Source of the DNA: Acidobacteriota bacterium
Lineage (GTDB): Bacteria; Acidobacteriota; UBA890; WLXD01
Assembly (NCBI GenBank): GCA_965248695.1
Contig: CBDFKD010000002.1
Coordinates: forward strand, 3,904,001-3,968,000
Direction: 5' to 3'
Length of the DNA stretch: 64,000 nt
Shown: in pieces, positions 47,103-58,172 of the stretch
Layout of the letters: each line of letters starts with the position of its first letter
Numbering within the stretch: position 1 is the first letter of the stretch
Translations under genes and position numbers: made by a program
Notes under the pieces: model-generated
What the model was told of the DNA's origin: nothing
The model's database searches: none
The model's input: only the letters and a program-made list of their open reading frames with translations

Positions 47103-49122
47103 GGATCAGGTTGCCGTAGGTGTCGACTTCGAGCTGCTGGTCCGATCCGACCAGGGTCGTCGAGGTCCACTCCTGCACGATCGCGGGACCCGGCAGGCGG
47201 GTTCCGGGGCCGAGCGAGGTGCGGTCATACACCGGACAGTCGCAGGCGCTGTCGGCGCCGGCTAGCAGGACGCGGCGTGAGGCGACCGGTTCGGCGACCA
47301 CCTCGCGGGTCGCTAGAGCCTCGATGCGCGGCGGCGATGTCGGCACGGTGGCCTGAACACGCAGGTTGACGAGCTCGACGTCGTGGTTGGGCAGCGCGTG
47401 GGCGTAGGCTTGTTCGTGCAGGGCGTCGAAACGATCCCGGAGGGCGGAGAGCCCGTCGCTGGCCGCATCTGTATCCAGAATGGGCACCTTGACGGTGTGC
47501 TCCTGGCCGGCGTAGCGTATATCTCCGAAGTGGTGGAATCGGCAGTCGGCAGTGTCGATTCCCTCGGTGCCCAATCGCTCTATCGACTCCTTGTCGAGGT
47601 CGGCCAGCAACCCGGACAGCGCAGCTGCTCCGAGGTCCGCGAGCGGGCGGACGATCGTTCGGACCGAGTCCTCGCGGTAGGCGGCGGTCAGCAAGCCCCA
47701 GGCGGAAAATGTCGCCGGGTCGATGGGGATGATCGCGCGTGGCATTGCCAGCTCGCGCATCAGCTCACCCGCGACCAACCCACCGCCGCCGCCATAGCAC
47801 AGCAGGACGAAGTCACGCGGATCGTGACCGCGCTCGATCGTGCTGCGACGAATGGCGTGGGTCATGTTCATGTTCGTCAGGTGCACGATTCCGCTCGCCG
47901 CCGCGGAGGTTTCCATTTCGAGCGGCTCCGCGATACAGGAGCGAATAACGGTCTCCGCGGCGGCGCGGTCGAGCACCATGCGGTTTCCCAGGTAGAAATC
48001 CGGGTCGAGGTATCCCAGTACCAGCTGAGCGTCGGTTACTGTCGGCTCGGTGCCACCGAGGCCGAAGCAGGCTGGTCCGGGCTCTGCCTCGGCGCTTCTC
48101 GGTCCGACCTGCAGGCCACCCTCGTCATCGATCCAGGCGATGGAGCCGCCGCCGGCGCCGAGCGAGACGATGTCGATCGTCGGCTGCAGCACCGGCCTGC
48201 CACCGATCGCCGTCTCCCCCTTCTCCAGAGGTTGGCCGCCTACGATCAGCGCCACGTCGAACGTTGTACCGCCCACGTCGGCGGCGACCAGATTCGGGCA
48301 GCCGAGTTCGTCACCCAGCGCGGTGGCGGCGATGACCCCGCCTGCCGGCCCCGATTGCATCGTGCGGATCGGCGCGCGTACGGCGCCACCCACGAAGGTC
48401 ATGCCGCCGGAGGACTGCATGATGGTGAACGGTCCGTCGAAATCGCGCTCCCGCAAGCCACGCTCGAGGCCTGAAAGGTACGCGCTCATCCGCGGTTGTA
48501 CGTACGCATTGAGTGCCGTGGTCGAGGTGCGCTCGAACTCCCGATGCTCGCGAACCAGGTCGGAGGAGACGCTGACGGACACGTCGGGCATGGCGTTGCC
48601 GACGATCTCGGCCATGCGCTGCTCGTGGTCGGGGTTGGCGTACGCGTGCAGGAAGGCGATCGCGATCGCGTCCACTTCCTGGGGCCGCAGCGCTTCCACG
48701 ACTTTGGCCGCTGCGGTCTCGTCGAGCGCTTCGATCACCTCGCCGCGAAAGTTCATGCGCTCGGCGACCTCGTGGCGGCGATAGCGGGGTACCAACGGTG
48801 GGGGCGGCTTGTAGAACAGGTTGTAGATCTCGGCGCGATTACCGCGTCCGAGCTCGAGCACGTCCCGGAAGCCGGCGGTGGTGATCAGGCCGACCCGTGC
48901 ACCGGACTCCTGCACGATGGTGTTGATCACCAGCGTCGAGCCGTGGATCAGCATGTCCAGATCGGAGGCGCGCAGATCCAGTCTCTCGATGCCCTCGTAG
49001 CTCCGATCCTGCAGCCGACCCGCCGCATGGACCTTGTTGATACGCGTGCGGCCAGACTCGTCGACGAGCACGAAATCGACGAATGTTCCACCGACGTCGA
49101 TGCCCAAGCGATTGTGCGCCAT
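47092..49122 (-). CDS. Hydantoinase A/oxoprolinase family protein
   Basis: GIDVGGTFVD, HGST, GFRDVLE, REFERTSTT, SGPAGG, DVGGTTFD, GAGGGSIAW, PTVTDA, RGHDPRDF. Confidence 0.93.
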   Translation of the reverse strand: MAHNRLGIDVGGTFVDFVLVDESGRTRINKVHAAGRLQDRSYEGIERLDLRASDLDMLIHGSTLVINTIVQESGARVGLITTAGFRDVLELGRGNRAEIYNLFYKPPPPLVPRYRRHEVAERMNFRGEVIEALDETAAAKVVEALRPQEVDAIAIAFLHAYANPDHEQRMAEIVGNAMPDVSVSVSSDLVREHREFERTSTTALNAYVQPRMSAYLSGLERGLRERDFDGPFTIMQSSGGMTFVGGAVRAPIRTMQSGPAGGVIAATALGDELGCPNLVAADVGGTTFDVALIVGGQPLEKGETAIGGRPVLQPTIDIVSLGAGGGSIAWIDDEGGLQVGPRSAEAEPGPACFGLGGTEPTVTDAQLVLGYLDPDFYLGNRMVLDRAAAETVIRSCIAEPLEMETSAAASGIVHLTNMNMTHAIRRSTIERGHDPRDFVLLCYGGGGGLVAGELMRELAMPRAIIPIDPATFSAWGLLTAAYREDSVRTIVRPLADLGAAALSGLLADLDKESIERLGTEGIDTADCRFHHFGDIRYAGQEHTVKVPILDTDAASDGLSALRDRFDALHEQAYAHALPNHDVELVNLRVQATVPTSPPRIEALATREVVAEPVASRRVLLAGADSACDCPVYDRTSLGPGTRLPGPAIVQEWTSTTLVGSDQQLEVDTYGNLILSG

Positions 49123-49250
49123 GCCATGCTCCCTGCGCCAGGAAGCGGCGATCCTAGCACGGTGATCGGCCCGCCAATGGGCCGCCGCTGTTGACGTAAG
49201 CTGCCAGCCGTGGGAAATGCCCTGCCGTGAAAGGCGACCGAACAACGATC

Positions 49251-50264
49251 ATGCGCACCGTCGCACGCCGTCTGTTTGCCGGGGTGTTGGTGGTTCTCGG
49301 CGTGGTCGTCCTGACGTTCGTCATCTCTCGCGTCATCCCCAGTGATCCGGCGGCGGCATGGGTAGGCGGGCACGTCCCGGCTGACGTCCTGGAGCAGGTG
49401 CGACAGGAGCTGGGATTCGATCGCCCGCTGCGTGTGCAGCTGTGGGGCTACCTGAGCGGCCTGGTGGTGGGCGACTGGGGCACCTCGATCCGCACCCGGC
49501 GCCCGGTGCTGTCGGACATCGCGACGGGATTGCCCGCGTCGCTCGAGCTTGTAGTGGTTGCTCTGTTGCTGGCGCTGGCGGTGGGGATACCGCTGGGCCT
49601 GGTATCGGCGCGCTGGAAGGGGCGCTTGCCGGACGTCGTCGTCCGGCTGATCTCGGTGATCGGGGTGTCGATGCCCGTCTTCTGGCTGGCGCCGATTCTC
49701 CAGGGCATCTTCTTCGAGCAGCTCCGGCTGTTGCCGGTGGCTGGTCGCTACGACCCACAGCTGTACTACACGAGCCCGCTGACCAGCTACACGAACATGA
49801 CGCTGATCGACGCTGTCATCGGCCTCAACGGGCCGGTGCTACAGAGCGCCCTGCTGCATTTGATACTGCCGGCCGGCGTCCTGGCGATCTACCCGCTGGG
49901 CGTGGTCGCGCGCATGGTTCGAGCCTCGGTGCTGGAAACGCTCGGAGAGCCACACATCCAGATGGTCCGCTCGCTCGGTTTTTCGGAGGCGGTGGTCTTC
50001 GGCCGCTTCGCGTTGAAGCCGGCGCTCAACCCGGTCATCACCGTGACGGCGTTGATCTTTGCGTACTCGCTGGCCAACACCTTCCTGGTCGAAGCGATCT
50101 TCAACTGGCCCGGACTCGGAAGCTACGCGGCGCTGTCGGTACAGTCGCTGGACACGCCGGCGATCGTCGGTGTCACCATCGTGGTGGCTCTCGCCTATGT
50201 GCTCGGCAACCTGTTGGTCGACCTGGTGCAGGCGGCGATCGATCCGCGGATCCGGCTGCGATGA
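49251..50264 (+). CDS. Peptide ABC transporter permease (DppB-like)
   Basis: PSDPA, GDWGTS, PASLEL, SMPVFW, HLILPA, VEAIFNWPGLG, DPRIR. Confidence 0.92.
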   Translation: MRTVARRLFAGVLVVLGVVVLTFVISRVIPSDPAAAWVGGHVPADVLEQVRQELGFDRPLRVQLWGYLSGLVVGDWGTSIRTRRPVLSDIATGLPASLELVVVALLLALAVGIPLGLVSARWKGRLPDVVVRLISVIGVSMPVFWLAPILQGIFFEQLRLLPVAGRYDPQLYYTSPLTSYTNMTLIDAVIGLNGPVLQSALLHLILPAGVLAIYPLGVVARMVRASVLETLGEPHIQMVRSLGFSEAVVFGRFALKPALNPVITVTALIFAYSLANTFLVEAIFNWPGLGSYAALSVQSLDTPAIVGVTIVVALAYVLGNLLVDLVQAAIDPRIRLR

Positions 50265-51129
50265 GCGCCAGAAGAATCACGCCCGCGATCACCGCCACAT
50301 GGATCGCAATGCGGCACAACCCGTTGCTGGCGCTGGGATCGGCGATGGCCACGGTGATCTTGCTTCTGGCGCTCTCAGCACCGCTAATCTCGCCGGCGCC
50401 GGCCGATGCCGTCGCGGCCGTGCACCTGGAGGAGACGTTGCAGGCGCCGTCCTGGAGTCATCCATTCGGGACGGATCAGCTCGGGCGCGACGTCATGACC
50501 CGGGTGTTGTACGCCGCCCGCGTCTCGGTGCGCATCGCGGTGCTCGTGCTGCTGCTTGCCTGTCTGGTTGGCGTTCCCCTGGGAATCACGGCGGGGTACT
50601 TCGGCGGTGTCATCGACGACGTGATCATGCGCGTCGTCGACGTGTTCCTGGCGTTCCCGCCGTTGCTCCTGGCGCTGGCATTGGTGGCGGCGCTGACCCC
50701 CAGCGTGGAGTCGGCCACCCTGGCGCTGGCCGTCGCCTGGTGGCCGTGGTACGCACGCCTGGCTCGAGGTGAGGCTTCCTCGGTGGCCGGGAGGCAGCTG
50801 ACCGAGAGCTGTCGCGCCCTGGGCTTGACCGACGTTCGCATCATTGCCCGGCATGTGCTGCCCAACGCGGTGACCCCGATCATCGTGCAGTTGTCCCTGG
50901 ATCTCGGCGGCGTGATCCTCGTCGCGGCGGCGATGTCGTTCCTGGGCCTGGGAGCGCAGGACCCGACGCCCGAGTGGGGCCTCATGCTGAGCCAGGGTCG
51001 CTCGTACTTCACCACCCACTGGTGGGTCGTGACGTTTCCGGGAGTCGCCATCCTGCTGTCGGCGATGGCCTTCAACCTGATCGGCGACGGGCTCCGTGAG
51101 CTTCTCGACCCGAAGCGCCTGATGAGCTC

Positions 51130-51133
<4 letters not shown>
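50261..51133 (+). CDS. Peptide ABC transporter permease (DppC-like)
   Basis: HPFGTDQLGRD, RVVDVFLAFP, HVLPN, SFLGLG..PTPEWG, FNLIGDGLR; real start ATG 50261. Confidence 0.92.
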
Positions 51134-51935
<802 letters not shown>

Positions 51936-51939
<4 letters not shown>

Positions 51940-52904
51940 GCTCACTGTTGGAGGTGCGCGATCTTCAGGTGCGGTTCGGAGACGTTCGCGCCGTCGACGG
52001 GGTGTCGTTCGAGCTCCCTCGAGGGCCCTTCGGACTCGGCCTGGTGGGCGAGAGCGGGTCGGGCAAGACGACCATCGCTCGCGCCGTGGCACGTCTGGTG
52101 TTGCCGGCGGGCGGCACGATCCGACTCGACGGTGAAGAGGTGCAGCATCTGCGCGGTGGGCCGTTGCGCCAGTATCGGCGTGCCGTGCAGATAGTCTTCC
52201 AGGATGCCGACTCCAGCCTCGACCCGCGGATGACCGTCGAAGCGACGCTGCGCGAGCCCCTGATCGCCCACCGGATCGTCGGTCGCGATGAGCTGGCGGC
52301 GCGCGTGCGAAAGCACCTGGCGGAGGTAGAGCTCGATCCGGAACACGCCGGCCGATACCCGCATCAGCTGTCCGGTGGACAGCGGCAGCGCGTCTCGCTG
52401 GCGCGGGCTTTGGCCGTCGGTCCGCGGCTGATGGTGCTCGATGAGCCGACCAGCGCTCTCGACACCACTGTGCAGGCGCGGATGCTCGAGCTCATCGGCG
52501 AGTTGCGCCACCGGAAGGATCTCGCGTATCTGCTCATCTCCCACAATCTCGCGGTGGTCGCCCGACTGTGTGAGGAGACGGCAGTCCTGTACCTCGGCCG
52601 GATCGTCGAGCGCGGCCCGACCGCAGCGCTACTCGCGGCGCCGGTGCACCCGTACACTCAGGCGCTGCGCACCGCCGTGCCGCAGTTGGCCGGGAGGCGG
52701 ACCAACAAGCCATCGGCGCTGGCCGGCGTCCTGCCGGATCCGGCTCAGGTGCCGGCGGGGTGTGCTTTCCACCCACGATGCCCGCTGGCACAGGAGCGCT
52801 GTCGCGTGGAGCGCCCGCTGTTGCGCGCGCTCGGGACCGATCACACCGTTGCCTGCCACTTCGCGGAAGACGCCCTTGCGGAGTGGGCTGCAGCACCCTG
52901 CTAG
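51936..52904 (+). CDS. Peptide ABC transporter ATP-binding protein (DppF-like)
   Basis: GESGSGKT, LSGGQRQR, DEPTSALD, HPYT, GCAFHPRCP..C..VACH. Confidence 0.93.
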
Positions 52905-53073
52905 TGCGCAGTGCCTTCTGACGCGGATCGAAGTGAAGCTGCTGCTTGGCTAAATAGCAGGTAGAGATATTACATGCTTGCGTAGGTACGTAATAATCAG
53001 TTAAACTTATTTCCAGATAGTAATGGCCTTGATTGGCCGCCAAAAGCTACTCCTAAAGAGGTAGTTAGCCGCG

Positions 53074-54885
53074 ATGAGCGAACCGACAGAGCGTCAAGGG
53101 GATGCGGCGACACCGCCCCTGCTGGTCGTCGACGACGCAGCCTCGATCCGAGTGATGGTCCGGGTAGCGATGGAGGCTATGGGCTTGCGCGTCGAGGAAG
53201 CGGCGAGCGGCGACGCGGCGCTCACCATGCTCGATGACCTGAGACCCGAGCTAATCCTCCTCGACGTGTCGATGCCTGGCACCGACGGTATCGAGGTCTG
53301 CCGCCTGCTGCGCTCGAGAGAGGTCTTCGAGCGCTTGCCGATCATCATGATGACCGGGCACGACGACGGCGATTCGATCGCCCGGGCCCACCAGGCGGGT
53401 GCGACCGACTTTATCGTCAAGCCGCTGAACTTGGAGCTACTGAAGCACCGCGTGCGCTATGCGATACGCGCGAGCAAGGACTCCCGGGCTCTTGCTAACG
53501 CTCAGCGGGCTGCGACCCATCTGGCACTTCACGACACTCTCACCGGTCTGCCGAACCGCAGGCACTTCGATCAGAGTCTGTCGCAGGCGATGGCGGATGC
53601 GAGGCGAACCGATCGGTGCGTCGGGGTCCTGTACTTCGACCTCGACGGCTTCAAGCGGGTCAACGACAACTTCGGACATGATGTCGGCGATCAGGTGCTC
53701 GAGACGGTCGCCGCGCGGGTTCGCAGATGTCTGAGAATCACCGACGGTGTGAGCCGGGTCGGGGTGGGCGAGAAGTCGAGCGTATCGCGGCTCGGGGGTG
53801 ACGAGTTCACCGTACTTGTCGAGGACATAGGTCACCGCCGCGACTTGGTGGAGATCGTCCGACGGGTGCAAACCGTGGTGGCCCAACCGATCCACATAAG
53901 TGAGGCTCAAACTGTGCAGCTGACGCCCAGCATCGGGATCAGCGTGTACCCGCACGACGGCGATACAGTCGAGGCGCTACTGAAGAACGCCGACTTGGCG
54001 ATGTACCACGCCAAGCGCGAAGGATGGAACAACGTACAGTTCTTCACCGAGCATCTAAACGCCGATCATCTGGATCGCTTGCAAGTGGAAGCTGCGCTTG
54101 TCCGCGCACTCGAGCGAGAGGAGTTCGACCTCCACTACCAGCCGATCTTCGATCTCGCTACCGGTGGCCTCGACGCCATGGAGGCGCTGATCCGGTGGCA
54201 GAGCCCGAAGCTGGGTCGGGTACCCCCCGGTCGGTTCGTGCGCGTGGCCGAAGAGATCGGCCTCATGGTGCCGATTGGCGAATGGGTGGTTCGATCGGCG
54301 TGTGCGCAGTCCCGAGCATGGCGAGATCAAGGCCACGGCGAGATCTGCGTTGCGGTGAACCTCTCCGGCGCGCAGGTCCGCCACCCTCGCTTGGTCAAAA
54401 CGGTACGCGAGATCCTCGAAGAGCACGCTCTCTGTCCGGGCTCCTTGCAGATCGAGATGACCGAGGGCGTGCTCATGGACCACATGGAGTTCGAGGGCGG
54501 CGCGCTCGACGAGCTGAGGGATTACGGTGTGCGCCTGGCGCTCGACGACTTCGGCACCGGGTATTCTTCGCTCAGCTGTTTGCACCGTCTGAAGCCAGAC
54601 ATTGTCAAGATAGATGGCTCCTTCATTCGCGACATCGACACCGACGAGGACGGTCGGTGCATCGTGTCGGCACTCTTGATGATGGCCAGGACGCTCGGGC
54701 TCCGGGTGGTTGCCGAGGGTGTGGAACACCGTTCACAGCTTGACTACTTGCGCGGTCAAGGCTGCCATGCGGCCCAGGGATTCCTGCTGGGACGTCCTCG
54801 GCCGGCTTCCGCTCAGCTCAGGGCCGAGTTGGGTGACTGGGATGCCGGCCGCGGGCGACCCAAACAGGGTGTGGTGGCCGCCTGA
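53074..54885 (+). CDS. REC-GGDEF-EAL diguanylate cyclase/phosphodiesterase
   Basis: LVVDD..LLDVSMP receiver; HDTLTGLPNR, DLDGFKRVND, RLGGDEF; YQP, EALIRW, DDFGTGYSSL, VAEGVE, QGF. Confidence 0.95.
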   Translation: MSEPTERQGDAATPPLLVVDDAASIRVMVRVAMEAMGLRVEEAASGDAALTMLDDLRPELILLDVSMPGTDGIEVCRLLRSREVFERLPIIMMTGHDDGDSIARAHQAGATDFIVKPLNLELLKHRVRYAIRASKDSRALANAQRAATHLALHDTLTGLPNRRHFDQSLSQAMADARRTDRCVGVLYFDLDGFKRVNDNFGHDVGDQVLETVAARVRRCLRITDGVSRVGVGEKSSVSRLGGDEFTVLVEDIGHRRDLVEIVRRVQTVVAQPIHISEAQTVQLTPSIGISVYPHDGDTVEALLKNADLAMYHAKREGWNNVQFFTEHLNADHLDRLQVEAALVRALEREEFDLHYQPIFDLATGGLDAMEALIRWQSPKLGRVPPGRFVRVAEEIGLMVPIGEWVVRSACAQSRAWRDQGHGEICVAVNLSGAQVRHPRLVKTVREILEEHALCPGSLQIEMTEGVLMDHMEFEGGALDELRDYGVRLALDDFGTGYSSLSCLHRLKPDIVKIDGSFIRDIDTDEDGRCIVSALLMMARTLGLRVVAEGVEHRSQLDYLRGQGCHAAQGFLLGRPRPASAQLRAELGDWDAGRGRPKQGVVAA

Positions 54886-54920
54886 TCTCGCAGCCAGGGA
54901 CGTCCACAACGCCTCGCCTG

Positions 54921-57650
54921 CTATAGGCCATTGGCGCGTAGCGCCTTGATCGGATTGACGCTTGCGGCACGACGGGCAGGCAAGTAGCTGGCGATGAAGA
55001 CGATCACGCCAAGCGCGGGCGCCACTGCGACGTAGGTCAATGGATCGAGCGGGCTCACTCCGTACAGCACGGCGCTCATCAGCCGTGTCAGCCCGACGGC
55101 GCCGACGAGCCCGATCGCCGCGCCAATCGCCACGACGCTGCCACCCTGCCAGAGGATCATCCGGCTCACATCGCCCGCCTCGGCTCCCAACGCCATGCGT
55201 ACACCGATCTCACCCACACGCTGGCTGACGACGTACGACAGCACGCCGTACACACCGACGGTGCCGAGAGCCAGCCCCACGACACCCGCCGCGACCAGAA
55301 GAACCATCGCAAACGCCGTCGGTGCGCTTGCCTGGTCGACTACCGCCTGCATGGTTCGCAGGTTGGCGACCGGCACGTTCGGATCGAGGTTGCGGACCGC
55401 GCTCCGGACGGCAGGCGCCAGCGCCAATGGCGCCACGTCGGTACGCACGACGAACGTCAGCGCGTGCGGCGGAGCCACGTACGCGTAAGGGCCGAGGAAG
55501 GAAACGTACATGAACTCGGGCGGCGTTTCGGTGAGCCCGTAAGCAATCGTGTTGCCGGCGACGCCGACAACCGTGTACGGATCTTCGTCCGGATAGTCGG
55601 GATGGATGCGTTTCCCGATGGGGCTCTCGCCAGGCCAGATACGTTGGGCAAAGTTAAGGCTGATGACGGCGGCGGCCGGCTTGCTGAGCGGATCCGTCGC
55701 CTGCAGCGCCCGGCCCTCGACGATGGGTATTCTCAGGGCACGGAAGTAGCCGGCGGTGGTGCCGCGGACGTCAACCGATGGTGGAGTTTCGCCTGCTACC
55801 ACCGGGATATCCTCGGCATAGACCGGAGTCCGATTGTCGCAATTGTCAAGCGGCAGGCAGCGGGTCGCTCCGACGGCCAACACGCCCGGAAGCGTCGAGA
55901 TGGTGTCGATGATGCGTTGCTGGAACTGGAACGCTTCCACACGGTCCGGGAATAGCGCCTCCGGTAGCCCCACCTGGAACACGAGCGCCGCGCTGGGGTC
56001 GAAGCCCGGCTCGATGGCCCGCAAATACCAGAACGTCCGAACCATGAGGGCGGCGCCCACCAGCAGGATGAGGGCGAGTGCGACCTGCGCCACCACCAAT
56101 GTGTTGCGTGCCCGATGTCGCTTGCGCCCCGAAGTCGCGGTGCGGCCACCATCCGAGACAAGCCGCGCGACCGGGCCGTCGCGTCGTAGGACGGGTATCA
56201 ATCCGAACACCAGGCCGGCGCCCACGGAGATAGCAGTGGCGAACGTGAGTACGGGGCCGTGGATTCCCACCTCGTGCAATCGCGGGATTGCGCTCGGGAC
56301 CCAGGCGACCGCCCAGCGGATTCCTACGACGGCAAGTGACACGCCGCCGACACCACCCAACAGTCCAAGTAGGAGACTCTCCGCCAGATGATGCCGGATG
56401 ATCTGTGCACGGCTGGCCCCCAGAGCCGCCCGTATCGCTACCTCGTGGCGCTGCACCTCCGCCCGCGTGAGGAACAAGTTGGCAACATTGGCGCAGGCCA
56501 CCCCGAGTACGAATACGACCGTGCCGAGCAGGATCCAAAGCATCCGCTCGACGTTGCCGACGATGGTCTCTCGCAGCGGAGCGACGATCGTGGTGAGTCC
56601 TCCGCCGGTGACGATGAGATCGAACGCCACGGGATTGAATCGCTCCGCCATCGTCGGTATCAGCCGTTCCAGGTCAGCATGAGCTTGCGCCGGCGTGACG
56701 CCTGGCTTTAGCCGACCGATGCCGCCGCGTCCGAAGCCGCCGAGTCTCACGCCCTAGGTGTCGAGCTGCTCCGGTAGCCACACCTGGGTCCGGTCTGACG
56801 GCATGTCGAACGCTGCCGGTAGGATGCCGACGACTTCGACGGGCAGCCCATCGAGCTGTATTGCGCGTCCGACGATGTCCGGGTCGCTGCCGTAGCGGGA
56901 ACGCCACAACTCGTCGCTGATCATCGCAACCCGCGGTGCACCAGGCGCTTGGTCGGAGTCGGCTAGCGCTCGTCCGAGTGCCGGCGGCCCATCGAGGAAG
57001 ATCTCGAAGAAGCCCTGCGTCACCACCGCGCCAGGAATCCGCTGCGCTCCCGCGTCCTCGAGCAATGCGACCGAGCGGTTGGTGTAGAGGGTGATCTCCT
57101 CGAAGGACTGGTTGAGCTCGCGATAGTGCACGTAGGTGCCGTGCGAGATACCCATTAGCGGCAACCCGGCACCTTCCGCGGAGTGTCGGATGGCGACCAG
57201 TCGCTCCGGTTCCGGGTACGGCAGCGGATTGAGAACGACCCCGTGCACCAGGCTGAAGATCGCGGTGTTGGCACCGATTCCAAGCGCCAGCGTCACTACC
57301 GCAGCGGTGGTGAACCCGGGGCTGCGCCGAAGGCGGCGTTGAGCGTAGGCGATATCTGTAAGCAAGCCGTGGCGCCAAGACCCCGCCTCGTCGCGCGGCG
57401 TGAATCGTTCTAGGGCGGCGTAGACGAGGATGTGCGCCACACTGCGGCACCAGAACGCCGCGAACGGGAGTCGTCCACGGGCGCGCGTCTCGGCCGCCTC
57501 GGTAGCGAATGCGAAACGGATACTGGGGCCGAACCGCTGGCGGAAGCGCCCCGGATAGAGTCGCAGCAGCGCCGTATGAGCGCGTTCCGCCCATGATCGT
57601 GGCGCCATTCGAGGGGCCTCGGGGATCTGTTTCGGCCGCGGGCGCCTCAT
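54921..57650 (-). pseudogene. Second ADOP permease with an in-frame TAG at 56754-56756 (pseudogene or sequencing error)
   Basis: The two track ORFs are in the same frame: LYP..FR..FG prefix, TLALGIGANTAIFS..PLPY ... WLPEQLDT*GVRLGGFG ... ACANVANL, EIGVRMALGA, PARRAASVNP. Confidence 0.85.
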
Positions 57651-58015
57651 CGCGACGAATCCCTGTCGGTCAACCCCAGCGCACGGCTTGCCGACAGCAC
57701 CAGCGAAAGACGCTCGGTTTCTGCCGCGAGCACCTCCCGACCGAAGCTCGTCAGCCGATAGTAGGCGCCGCGACGAGGGTCGTCGTCCGCCGGCCGCGAC
57801 GAAGTTTCCTGGACGATTCCGTCATCGATAAGCCTGCGAAGATGCCGGTAGAACGGCCCGGTCTGAAGGCGGATGCGACCGTCGGAGTTCCCACGCACGG
57901 CCTGGATCGCGCCGTAGCCGTGCAGGTCACGTTGCGCCAGCGCCAGAAGGATGTGGAACACCACCGGCTTGAGCGGTAAGTGGCGGTCGACTGGCTGCGA
58001 GGTGCCGTTGGTCAT
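57647..58015 (-). CDS. PadR family transcriptional regulator
   Basis: PLKPVVFHILLAL, LHGYG, TGPFYRHLRRL..G, DPRR..YYRLT..GR..L..E. Confidence 0.9.
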   Translation of the reverse strand: MTNGTSQPVDRHLPLKPVVFHILLALAQRDLHGYGAIQAVRGNSDGRIRLQTGPFYRHLRRLIDDGIVQETSSRPADDDPRRGAYYRLTSFGREVLAAETERLSLVLSASRALGLTDRDSSR

Positions 58016-58061
58016 TGTTGCCTCGAGCGGGTGATTGTTTCGAGGACCGTGCGTGTCATCA

Positions 58062-58089
58062 GTACGTTTCATACAGGTACGAAACGTAC
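58062..58089. promoter_or_regulatory. Putative operator palindrome upstream of the second padR
   Basis: GTACGTTTCATAC-AG-GTACGAAACGTAC, arms 12/13 complementary, in an AT-richer divergent intergenic region. Confidence 0.6.
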
Positions 58090-58172
58090 CTAAGCTAGTT
58101 TCATCGATCATTAAGCGCAAGTCCGTGCGGTGGTAGCCTGGCGCACGAACCCGGCGGGCCGATCTCGCCACC

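Noticed and set aside
56754-56756. Amber (TAG) reassignment or pyrrolysine read-through, given in-frame TAGs here and at 16123
   Set aside because: Many complete genes in the window end in TAG at their expected C-termini, no pyl genes are present, and the DUF1501 TAG is at a Trp position in a gene that also has a frameshift.
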